Source of the DNA: an uncultured Acidobacteriota bacterium
GTDB taxonomy: Bacteria > Acidobacteriota > Thermoanaerobaculia > UBA5066 > Gp7-AA6
DNA length: 64,000 nucleotides
Reading direction: 5' to 3'
Assembly (NCBI GenBank): GCA_963764715.1
Contig: CAVXTP010000015.1
Coordinates: 96,001-160,000 of the forward strand
The notes under the pieces are model-generated. The model was not told the DNA's origin and did no database searches. It saw nothing but the letters and a program-made list of their open reading frames with translations. Of this stretch, positions 1-7,889 are shown piece by piece. Numbering within the stretch: the stretch's first letter is position 1; each line of letters begins with the position of its first letter. A program made the position numbers and the translations under genes.

Positions 1-835
1 TCCCGACACGGTCCGCCGGCGCGTTCTGGATGCCGGCGAGGCCGAGCGTCCGGAGATAGGCCGCGTTCGTCAGCACGTACAGGAGCGTCACGACGAGGCA
101 CCCGGCGAGCAGCGCGAGCGGCAGCGTTCGTCCCGGGTCCCGGACCTCCTCGCCCGCGAAGGTCACGTTGTTCCAGGCCGACTGGGAAAAGAGGGGGCCG
201 ACCATCGCGGCCGCCACCGCCACCGCGGCGGGCAACGTCGCCGACGCCGCGCCGACCGGTGCGTCCGCGGCACGGCCGAGGACGAGGCCGCCGATCGCCA
301 GAGCCGCCAGCGCGGCGAGCTTGGCGGCCGTGAAGACGTTCTGCGTCGTCGTTCCCGCCCGCAGGCCCGTCGCGTTCGACGCCGTCAGCAGGGCGATCAC
401 CGCGATGGCGCAGAGCCTCTGGGGCGAAAGGGACAGCGTCCCCGCGGCCACCCACGGCTCATCGGAAACGCCGGGGATCAGGACGCCGAGGAACTTCGAG
501 AAGGCCACGGCGACCGCCGCGATCGTCCCTGTCTGGATGACGAGGAACATGGCCCAGCCGAAAAGAAAGCCGGCGAGCGGCCCGTACGCCTCCCGGAAGA
601 AGGCGTACTGGCCGCCGGCGCGCGGCAGCATCGCGGCGAGCTCCGCGCAGGAGAGCGCCGCCGAAATCGTCAGCAGGCCGGCGAAGGCCCAGACGAGGAG
701 CAGACCGGCCGAGCTGCCGAGAAGCCGTGCGCTCTCCGCCGAAACGATGAAGATGCCGGAGCCGATCATCGAGCCGACGACGAGCGCCGTCGCGTCGAGC
801 CGGCCGATCCCGCGCCGGAGTCCGGTTCCGGTCAA
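1..835 (-). CDS. APC-family amino acid permease (3' end runs off window)
   Basis: Manual minus-strand translation from TTG at 835: LTGTGLRRGIGRLDATALVVGSMIGSGIFIVSAES...CAELAAMLPRAGGQYAFFREAYG, the APC TM1 and ELAxxxPxxGG motifs. Confidence 0.85.
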   Translation of the reverse strand, partial: MTGTGLRRGIGRLDATALVVGSMIGSGIFIVSAESARLLGSSAGLLLVWAFAGLLTISAALSCAELAAMLPRAGGQYAFFREAYGPLAGFLFGWAMFLVIQTGTIAAVAVAFSKFLGVLIPGVSDEPWVAAGTLSLSPQRLCAIAVIALLTASNATGLRAGTTTQNVFTAAKLAALAALAIGGLVLGRAADAPVGAASATLPAAVAVAAAMVGPLFSQSAWNNVTFAGEEVRDPGRTLPLALLAGCLVVTLLYVLTNAAYLRTLGLAGIQNAPADRVG

Positions 836-857
836 CGCCGGCCGGGAAGGGCGCCGT

Positions 858-1490
858 TCACCGGCGCAGCCACCGACGGCGTCGCCGCCGGCGGCGCGCC
901 AGGCCGCGGGCGACGAGGAAGGCCGTCGCGGCCGCCGCCGCGGCCCCGGCCAGCAGCACGGGTCCGGCCGGCACGGGTCCCGGCGGGGGCGGGACCTTCG
1001 CGCGCTCGACGGCCGTCGTCACGCGGCGCCGCGCGAGCTCGAGCGCCAGGCTCTCCTCGCCCATGCGCATCGCCCAGCGGTGATTGGCGGCGAGCAGCGG
1101 CCGGAGAAGCGGCGAGAGCAGGCGCAGCAACGGCTTCTCGGCCCGGACGGTCCAGTGGTAAGTGACGAGCGTCCAGGCGCCGGCTTCCGTGAAGATCCAC
1201 TCGCCGCGCCCGGCGAGGTCACCCGCCGCCTCGATCGAGAAACCATGGGGATGCCTCGACTCGACCACGCGAAGCTCCCAGTCGAGGGTGTACGGAAGCC
1301 AGCCCTTCGTGTGGAGGCGCGCCCGCCGGCCGACGCCGTCCTCGCCGCCCGGCTCGAGCTCCTCGACGTCGAGATAGACCGACGGCCACCAGCGCGCGAG
1401 CTCCCGGACGTCCGTCAGCACGTCGGCGACCTCGTCGACGGTCCCGAGCACTCTCCAGCGGCTGACGAAGCGATACCCGGGCGCAGCCAT
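858..1490 (-). CDS. SRPBCC/polyketide cyclase-like protein
   Basis: ORF track 210 aa; YRFVSRWRV...EVADVL...WWP...NHRWAM START-like pattern; hydrophobic/basic C-terminus. Confidence 0.7.
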   Translation of the reverse strand: MAAPGYRFVSRWRVLGTVDEVADVLTDVRELARWWPSVYLDVEELEPGGEDGVGRRARLHTKGWLPYTLDWELRVVESRHPHGFSIEAAGDLAGRGEWIFTEAGAWTLVTYHWTVRAEKPLLRLLSPLLRPLLAANHRWAMRMGEESLALELARRRVTTAVERAKVPPPPGPVPAGPVLLAGAAAAAATAFLVARGLARRRRRRRRWLRR

Positions 1491-1495
1491 CGCGA

Positions 1496-2068
1496 TCAGC
1501 GGCGCCGTTTCCTGCCGCCGGTCGACGCCGTGGAATCGGCCGACTTCAGCTCCCCGCGCAGAAGGCCCATCCGGATGACGTCGATGTACCCGCCGCGCCG
1601 GAAGTTCTCCTCGCGCAGGAGGCCTTCCTTCCGGAATCCCACGCGCTCGTAGGTTCGGATCGCGCGTGCGTTGCCGGCGTGCACGTCGAGCCGGATCTTG
1701 TGCAGGTTCATCTCGTCGAAGCCGAAGCGGCAGAGGACCCGCGTGGCTTCCTCGCCGAGCCCTTTGCCGTGGCAGTCCTTTTCCCCGATCAGGATGCCGA
1801 AGGTCGCGACGGCGTTGTCCCGGTCGATCGCTTCGAGCCCGCAGTTGCCGATGTGGCGGTCGCCCTCAAAGAGGCAGATGGCGAACGTCAGCCGCGAAGT
1901 GTCCTGGCCGCGGGTCGTGCGCTCGATCCAGTCGGCTTCCTGCGCGAGCGACATCGGATAGCGCTGCGCGAGCGTCGCGCGCAGCTCCTCGTCGTTGATC
2001 CAGTCGTGGGAGCGCTCGAGGTCGTCGCGCTCGATTGCCCGGAGATAAAGCCTGTCGCCTCGGATCAC
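1496..2068 (-). CDS. GNAT N-acetyltransferase, RimJ/RimL type
   Basis: RLYLRAIE...HGKGLGEEA...LHKIRLDV..GNARAIRTYERVGFRKEG; start moved to GTG 2068 (AGAGG upstream). Confidence 0.85.
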   Translation of the reverse strand: MIRGDRLYLRAIERDDLERSHDWINDEELRATLAQRYPMSLAQEADWIERTTRGQDTSRLTFAICLFEGDRHIGNCGLEAIDRDNAVATFGILIGEKDCHGKGLGEEATRVLCRFGFDEMNLHKIRLDVHAGNARAIRTYERVGFRKEGLLREENFRRGGYIDVIRMGLLRGELKSADSTASTGGRKRRR

Positions 2069-2151
2069 ACGCAACCTCTTGACCCGCAAAGATATCCGAT
2101 CCCGGCCCCGCTGCGGAGGCCGGAAACGGCGGAAGGCCGCCCCGCCCCCGC

Positions 2152-2177
2152 GGAACCTGCCGCCGGCCCGTGCGTAA
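2152..2177 (+). promoter_or_regulatory. candidate ECF-sigma promoter (GGAAC-N16-CGTAA) upstream of ABC exporter operon
   Basis: GGAAC at 2152-2156, CGTAA at 2173-2177; resembles generic ECF consensus; pattern match only. Confidence 0.35.
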
Positions 2178-2248
2178 CTCCCTATCGAAGCCGCGATTTT
2201 CCGGCGCCGGCCCCGGTTCCCGGCGCTCTTCGATTCAGGGAGGACGGT

Positions 2249-3367
2249 ATGTCGAAGCTTTTCAAGACGCTGCTGCTTCTGGCCATCCTCGTGGCGGTCG
2301 CCGCGGGCCTGTATGCCCTGGCCCGGAACGGGAAGAGCAACGACGCCGACAAGAAGCTCGTGACGGTCGAAAAAGGCTCGATCACCGAGAAGGCCCTGGC
2401 CGTCGGCCAGATCCAGCCCCGACAGAAGTTCTCCATCAAGTCGAAGATCTCGGGGATCGTCAAGCGCTGCATGGTCAACGTCGGCGACAAGGTCAAGGCC
2501 GGCGATCCGCTCTTCGAGATCGCGCCCGACCCGACGCCGCAGGAGCTGACGGACGTGGACCGGCAGCTCGACTCCACGAAGGCCTCCTACGACCGCGCGA
2601 AGGCCGACTTCGAGCGGGCCCAGGAGCTCGTGAATCAGGGCGTGATTCCCAAGTCCGAGCTCGACGTCAAGCGCGAGGCCTTCGAGCTCGCCAAGGTGGC
2701 GGTCGCCCGCGCCGAGCAGGGCCGCGACCTGACCCGCAAGGGCCGGATCCAGACCGACACCGTCTCGATGGAATCGATCATCCGCGCGCCGGCGGCCGGA
2801 ACGATCCTGACGCGCGCCGTCAATCCCGGCGACCCGGTCGTGCCGCTGACCTCATACCAGCCGGGCACGGAGCTCGCCGCGATCGCCGACATGAGCGACC
2901 TCATCTTCAAGGGCACGGTCGACGAGATCGACGTCGGCAAGCTCAAGATGGCGCTGCCGGCGCGGATCAAGGTCGGGGCGCTGCCGACCGACGTGGTCAC
3001 CGGGAAGGTCGCGCGGATCGCGCCCCAGGCCCAGCAGAAGGACGGCGCAACGCTCTTCGACGTCGAGATCGAGCTCGACTCGACCGCGAACGTGACGCTG
3101 CGCGCGGGCTACTCGGCCAACGCGGACCTCATCATCCGCGAGCGCAAGGACGTCCTGACGATCCCCGAGCGCGTCGTGATCTTCGAGGACGGCGGCAAGA
3201 AGACGTTCGTCGAGGTCCCCGGCGCGACCGAGAAGGCGCCGCCCGTCAAGACGGCCGTCAAGCTCGGCGTCTCCGACGGGTTGAACGTCGAGGTCGCCGA
3301 GGGCCTGCCGAAGGGGGCGAAGGTCCTCGAGCGGCCGCCCAAGAAGCTGACGTCGGCGGTCGACTGA
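2249..3367 (+). CDS. efflux membrane-fusion/periplasmic adaptor protein (MacA-like)
   Basis: GGAGG then ATG 2249; N-terminal anchor MSKLFKTLLLLAILVAVAAG; SKISGIV..VGDKVKAGDPL and IRAPAAGTI lipoyl-like halves; VDEIDV. Confidence 0.9.
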   Translation: MSKLFKTLLLLAILVAVAAGLYALARNGKSNDADKKLVTVEKGSITEKALAVGQIQPRQKFSIKSKISGIVKRCMVNVGDKVKAGDPLFEIAPDPTPQELTDVDRQLDSTKASYDRAKADFERAQELVNQGVIPKSELDVKREAFELAKVAVARAEQGRDLTRKGRIQTDTVSMESIIRAPAAGTILTRAVNPGDPVVPLTSYQPGTELAAIADMSDLIFKGTVDEIDVGKLKMALPARIKVGALPTDVVTGKVARIAPQAQQKDGATLFDVEIELDSTANVTLRAGYSANADLIIRERKDVLTIPERVVIFEDGGKKTFVEVPGATEKAPPVKTAVKLGVSDGLNVEVAEGLPKGAKVLERPPKKLTSAVD

Positions 3368-3378
3368 GGAGGCCAGCC

Positions 3379-3507
3379 ATGCAGTTGACCGAGCTGCGGG
3401 GGCGTAGGGGCGGGGCTTGCCCCCGCCCTGCCGCAAAGGAGCTCCTGCCCGCGCCATCGCTTCCGGAGAGGGCGGCCACGAGGGCCGCCCCTACGACGGG
3501 GGCCTGA
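3379..3507 (+). other. 42-codon small ORF spanning a REP doublet
   Basis: AGGAGG-N6-ATG at 3379; MQLTELRGRRGGACPRPAAKELLPAPSLPERAATRAAPTTGA*; stop ends 3 nt before next GTG. Confidence 0.4.
3404..3494. repeat. GTAG-family REP doublet (REPIN-like), GTAG ends facing outward
   Basis: GTAGGGGCGGGGCTTGCCCCCGCCC 3404-3428 and inverted GGGCGGCCACGAGGGCCGCCCCTAC 3470-3494. Confidence 0.9.
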
Positions 3508-3510
3508 CCC

Positions 3511-4746
3511 GTGCTTTCCATCCGCGACGCGTTCCGCCAGATGTGGCGGGACATCCGGAGCCAGAAGCTCCGCACCTTCCTGACGGTCTTCGGGATCGTG
3601 TGGGGCACCGTCTCGGTCAGCCTGCTCCTGGCGTTCGGGAAGGGTCTCCAGCGCCAGATGATCCTGAACAGCTCCGGCCTCGGCGACGCGATCTGCATCG
3701 CCTGGCCCGGCCTGACCTCCACGCCCTTCGAGGGCCTCGGCAAGGGCCGCAAGATCCGGTTGAACGAGGACGACGTCGAAGCGATCCGCCGCGAGGCCCG
3801 CGGCGTCAACGCCATCTCGAGCGAGTACTCGAAGACGCTGAAGCTCAACTACGGCGCCAAGACGATCGCGATCGACATCTCCGGCGTCTCGCCCGAGTTC
3901 GGCGGGATGCGCAACCTCATCCCCCAGGTCGGCGGACGTTTCGTCAACCCGACCGACATGACCGAGCAGCGGCGGGTCCTCTTCATCGGCAACAAGATGG
4001 CCGACGACATCTTCGGCCAGGGCGTCGACGCGGTCGGCAAGACGGTCATGCTGGGCGGATCCCCCTTCCTGGTCGTCGGCGTCCTCCAGAGCAAGGTCCA
4101 GAACTCGAGCTACAGCGGCCGCGACAACCAGAAGGGCTTCATCCCCGGCACGACCTACCGCGCCATCACCGGCGAGAAGTGGGTCGACAACCTGATCTAC
4201 CAGCCGAAGGTGGCCGCCGAGGCCGAGCGGGTGACCGACGACGTGCGCCGCGTCATCGCCGGGCGCCAGCGGTTCGACCCCGACGACAAGGAAGCCTTCT
4301 CGGTCTGGGACACCACCGAGAACCTCAAGTTCTTCGCGACGTTCTTCCTGTCGTTCCGGCTCTTCCTCGGGATCATCGGCTCCTTCACTCTCATCGTCGG
4401 CGGCATCGGCGTCTCGAACATCATGAACGTCGTCGTCGAGGAGCGCACCCGGGAGATCGGGATCAAGATGGCGCTCGGCGCCCGCGACCGCTGGCTGATG
4501 CGGCAGCTCCTTCTCGAAACGCTTCTCATCACCGCGATGGGCGGCGCGCTCGGCTTTCTCATCTCCTTCACCGTCTGCGCCATCTTCCCGAAGTTCGGCG
4601 TCACCGAGTTCGTCGGCGATCCCGACCTGTCGCTCTCGGTCGCGGCGCTGACTGCGGTGATTCTGGGCGTGACGGGCCTTCTCGCGGGGTATTTCCCGGC
4701 GCGGGACGCCTCGCGGCTGGATCCCGTCGTGGCGATGAAGCTCTAG
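3511..4746 (+). CDS. ABC transporter permease, MacB/FtsX family
   Basis: RTFLTVFGIVWG; GGIGVSNIM...EERTREIGIKMALGA; LDPVVAM. Confidence 0.92.
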   Translation: MLSIRDAFRQMWRDIRSQKLRTFLTVFGIVWGTVSVSLLLAFGKGLQRQMILNSSGLGDAICIAWPGLTSTPFEGLGKGRKIRLNEDDVEAIRREARGVNAISSEYSKTLKLNYGAKTIAIDISGVSPEFGGMRNLIPQVGGRFVNPTDMTEQRRVLFIGNKMADDIFGQGVDAVGKTVMLGGSPFLVVGVLQSKVQNSSYSGRDNQKGFIPGTTYRAITGEKWVDNLIYQPKVAAEAERVTDDVRRVIAGRQRFDPDDKEAFSVWDTTENLKFFATFFLSFRLFLGIIGSFTLIVGGIGVSNIMNVVVEERTREIGIKMALGARDRWLMRQLLLETLLITAMGGALGFLISFTVCAIFPKFGVTEFVGDPDLSLSVAALTAVILGVTGLLAGYFPARDASRLDPVVAMKL

Positions 4747-4754
4747 TGACCGCG

Positions 4755-6011
4755 ATGAAGAGAGACCTGTCCGTCATCCTCCACCTCTTCCTCGCCTCGG
4801 CGCGGCTGCAGAAGAAGCGCGCCACGCTGACGATCGCGTCGCTCGCCTGGGGCACGGTCACGATCCTGCTGCTCCTCGCCTTCGGCGAGGGCCTGAAGCG
4901 CCAGATGATGTCGAATGACCAGGCCATGGGGAACAACCTCGCCATCATGTGGCCCGGCGAGACCTCCAAGCCCTACAAGGGCCTGCCCGAGGGGCGGCCG
5001 ATCCGGCCGAAGCTCGAAGACATCGACTACGCGCGCGAGCGCCTGCCCGAGCTCGACGCGATCTGGGGCGAGCTGACCTCCTGGCGGACGGCGCTCTCCT
5101 ACGGGCGCAAGACCGTCAATGGCCGGGTCATCGGCACCCGCTTCGACTACGGCGACGCCCGCAAGCACTTCCCGAAGGCCCGGGGCCGTTTCATCAACCC
5201 GAGCGACGAAGAGGAGAAGCGGCGCGTCGTGTTCCTCGGCGACGAGATGGCGAAGGACGTCTTCGGCCCGGAGGATCCCCTCGGAAAGCAGCTCCTGATC
5301 AACAACTCCCCCTTCACGGTCATCGGCGTCATGCAGCGCAAGCGGCAGTCCTCGACGTACGGCGGGCCCGACGCGACGCACGCCGTCATCCCGCAGTCGA
5401 CCTTCAAGGCCGTCCTCGGCAACGATCGCATCAACGTCGTCGTCTTCCGGGTGAAGAAGGCCGACGACATGCCGGCCGCGCTCAAGCACTTCAACGAGGT
5501 CCTCGGCCCCCGCCTCGGCTTCGATCCCGAGGACCCTCGCGTGTGGGGCCTCTGGGACACCGTGAAGGGCCAGAAGATGCAGGAGAAGATCTTCATCGGC
5601 CTCGAGATCTTCTTCGGCGTCATCGGGGCGTTGACGCTGATCATCGGCGGCGTCGGGGTCGCCAACATCATGTACGCCGTCGTCAAGGAACGGACCCGGG
5701 AGATCGGCGTCAAGATGGCTCTCGGCGCCCGGCGCGGCTGGATCACCGGCCCCTTCATCCTCGAGGGGCTGGTCTACACCCTCGTCGGCGGCCTCTTCGG
5801 CGCCCTGATCGCGATCCTGCTCGTGACGGGCCTCTCGTTCCTGCCGATCGAGGGCAACGACGTCCTGGAGTTCATGGGCCGGCCCACGCTGTCCTGGCCC
5901 ATCGGCCTCGCCACGATCGCGATCCTCGGCACCTGCGGACTGCTCGCCGGATACTTCCCCGCCCGCCGCGCCGCGTCGGTCGACCCGGCGTCGACGCTTC
6001 GATACGAGTGA
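4755..6011 (+). CDS. ABC transporter permease, MacB/FtsX family (second)
   Basis: GGVGVANIM...KERTREIGVKMALGA; PARRAASVDPASTLRYE; alternative GTG start at 4746. Confidence 0.92.
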   Translation: MKRDLSVILHLFLASARLQKKRATLTIASLAWGTVTILLLLAFGEGLKRQMMSNDQAMGNNLAIMWPGETSKPYKGLPEGRPIRPKLEDIDYARERLPELDAIWGELTSWRTALSYGRKTVNGRVIGTRFDYGDARKHFPKARGRFINPSDEEEKRRVVFLGDEMAKDVFGPEDPLGKQLLINNSPFTVIGVMQRKRQSSTYGGPDATHAVIPQSTFKAVLGNDRINVVVFRVKKADDMPAALKHFNEVLGPRLGFDPEDPRVWGLWDTVKGQKMQEKIFIGLEIFFGVIGALTLIIGGVGVANIMYAVVKERTREIGVKMALGARRGWITGPFILEGLVYTLVGGLFGALIAILLVTGLSFLPIEGNDVLEFMGRPTLSWPIGLATIAILGTCGLLAGYFPARRAASVDPASTLRYE

Positions 6012-6022
6012 ACGGAGAACGC

Positions 6023-6712
6023 ATGACCGCCATCATCGACATGCAGACCATCAGGAAGATCTACGACACCGGCAAGGTCAAGGTCGAGGCCCTGAAGGGC
6101 ATCGACCTCGCGGTCGAGCCCGGCGAGTTCGTCGCCATCGTGGGACCGTCGGGATCCGGGAAGTCGACGCTGATGAACCTGATCGGCTGCCTCGACACTC
6201 CCTCCGAGGGCACCTACCGGCTGGGCGGCGAGGACGTCTCGAAGTTCACGCGCGACGAGCTTGCCGACGTCCGCAACCGCCGCGTCGGGTTCGTGTTCCA
6301 GGGCTTCAACCTGCTGCCCCAGATTACCGCGTTCGAGAACGTGGAGATGCCGCTCCTCTTCGGCGGCGTGCCGCCGAAGAAACGCCGCGAGCGCACCACG
6401 GAGCTGCTGACCCGCGTCGGCCTCGGGGAGCGCATGGACCACAGGCCGACCGAGCTTTCCGGCGGCCAGATGCAGCGTGTCGCGATCGCCCGCGCCCTCG
6501 CCATGCAGCCGGACGTCGTCCTCGCGGACGAGCCCACGGGCAACCTCGATTCCTCGGCCGGCGGCGACATCATGGGCCTCTTCACCGAGCTCTGGAAGCA
6601 GGGCTCCACCCTCGTCGTCATCACCCACGACATGTCGCTCGCCCGGCGCGCGAGCCGGATCGTCGAGATCCACGACGGGAAAATTGTGCGCGACGGCGAG
6701 GTCGCGGCCTAG
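6023..6712 (+). CDS. ABC transporter ATP-binding protein (LolD/MacB-type)
   Basis: Walker A GPSGSGKST, signature LSGGQMQRV, LADEPTGNLD, ITHD. Confidence 0.95.
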   Translation: MTAIIDMQTIRKIYDTGKVKVEALKGIDLAVEPGEFVAIVGPSGSGKSTLMNLIGCLDTPSEGTYRLGGEDVSKFTRDELADVRNRRVGFVFQGFNLLPQITAFENVEMPLLFGGVPPKKRRERTTELLTRVGLGERMDHRPTELSGGQMQRVAIARALAMQPDVVLADEPTGNLDSSAGGDIMGLFTELWKQGSTLVVITHDMSLARRASRIVEIHDGKIVRDGEVAA

Positions 6713-7839
6713 GGGCCGGGGAAGAAGTTCGAGCCGATGTCCTTCAGCCCGTTCCAGTCCACCAGGTAGAAGCACGCCGGGGCGGCCTGATCGACGCGTA
6801 CCCGGGCCGTGAAGCCCTGGGGCGTGAACTGGCCAGTGATCGTGATCGTGAACTGCCCGCCCACGGCCTCGGGCTGCATCGCGAAGGACCCGTCGTCCTC
6901 GACCGTGCCCTCGTAGGTGATCCCGGCGTGGGTCAGGGTCAGCGCGTGCGAGCCGGGCGTCTGGACGACGGTCGTCGGGTTGTCCTGCACGGTGACGTTG
7001 GAGCAGGTGTTCTGCCCGGGGACGAGCGAGACCTGCGTCGAGAACGTCCCTCCCACCGAGAGGACGGGCGGAACGTCCTCGGCCCCGGCCACGAAGATGG
7101 GATCGGTCGTCGCGTTGTCGATCACGGCCGCGTAGCTGAAGACCTCCGGGCCGTTCGTCTGCACCGTCACGACCGAATCGGTCGTCTCGAGCAGGCCGTG
7201 ATTGATCCCGCCGGACCCGAAGATGTCGTTGATCTGGGCACCGGAGTGGGCTGGAATCGTCCGCCGGACCTCACCCACCCAGTGGCCCTGCCAGTACACC
7301 GCGAAGACCACGTCCGCCGCCGTGTCTTCGCCGTTGAAGGCGCCGACGTTGGTCCGGAATCCTTCTCCGGATCCCCCGTTCGCGATCTGCGTGAGCACGG
7401 AGTACCGGTGCGCGGAGGACGCTCCGACGCCCGGGATGAACATCCCGACGGTCGGCGTCGGCGCGGTCGAATAGAGGCGGCTCGTCACGACGACGTCCGA
7501 GGACGTCGCGGGAGGCGCGACGTCGAACTCGACGCCTCCGGCCGAGTTGGGCGCGGCGAACGCGGAGGCCACCATGTCGTCGAAGGCCCTCGACTCCCGC
7601 GGCGAGAGCGTGAACGTCGTCGGCGCGGACGCCGGGCAGGTCCCCAGGAAGCAGCGATAGGTCGCCGTGATCTCGGCTCCCGAGGCGTAGGAGGTGTTGA
7701 ACACGCGGACGTCCGAAAAGAAGGGCGACACGCCCACGATCGACGCCGCCGCCGGGATCGTGATCCGCGACGGCTGCGCCGAAAGCGGCGCGCACGCCGC
7801 CGCGGCGAGGAGGGCGAGGAGCGGCCGTCGCGACTTCAT
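6709..7839 (-). CDS. secreted beta-rich hypothetical protein
   Basis: Signal peptide MKSRRPLLALLAAAACAPLSA; two related segments (FFSDVRVFN / FRTNVGAFN), YAAVIDNATTDP. Confidence 0.75.
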   Translation of the reverse strand: MKSRRPLLALLAAAACAPLSAQPSRITIPAAASIVGVSPFFSDVRVFNTSYASGAEITATYRCFLGTCPASAPTTFTLSPRESRAFDDMVASAFAAPNSAGGVEFDVAPPATSSDVVVTSRLYSTAPTPTVGMFIPGVGASSAHRYSVLTQIANGGSGEGFRTNVGAFNGEDTAADVVFAVYWQGHWVGEVRRTIPAHSGAQINDIFGSGGINHGLLETTDSVVTVQTNGPEVFSYAAVIDNATTDPIFVAGAEDVPPVLSVGGTFSTQVSLVPGQNTCSNVTVQDNPTTVVQTPGSHALTLTHAGITYEGTVEDDGSFAMQPEAVGGQFTITITGQFTPQGFTARVRVDQAAPACFYLVDWNGLKDIGSNFFPGP

Positions 7840-7889
7840 CGGTCGCCGGTCACACTAGCACCCGCGAGCGGGCGGCGATTATTGGAAAC

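Noticed and set aside
168-1652. 494-aa plus-strand ORF
   Set aside because: Antisense to the permease, SRPBCC and GNAT genes, which carry recognisable motifs
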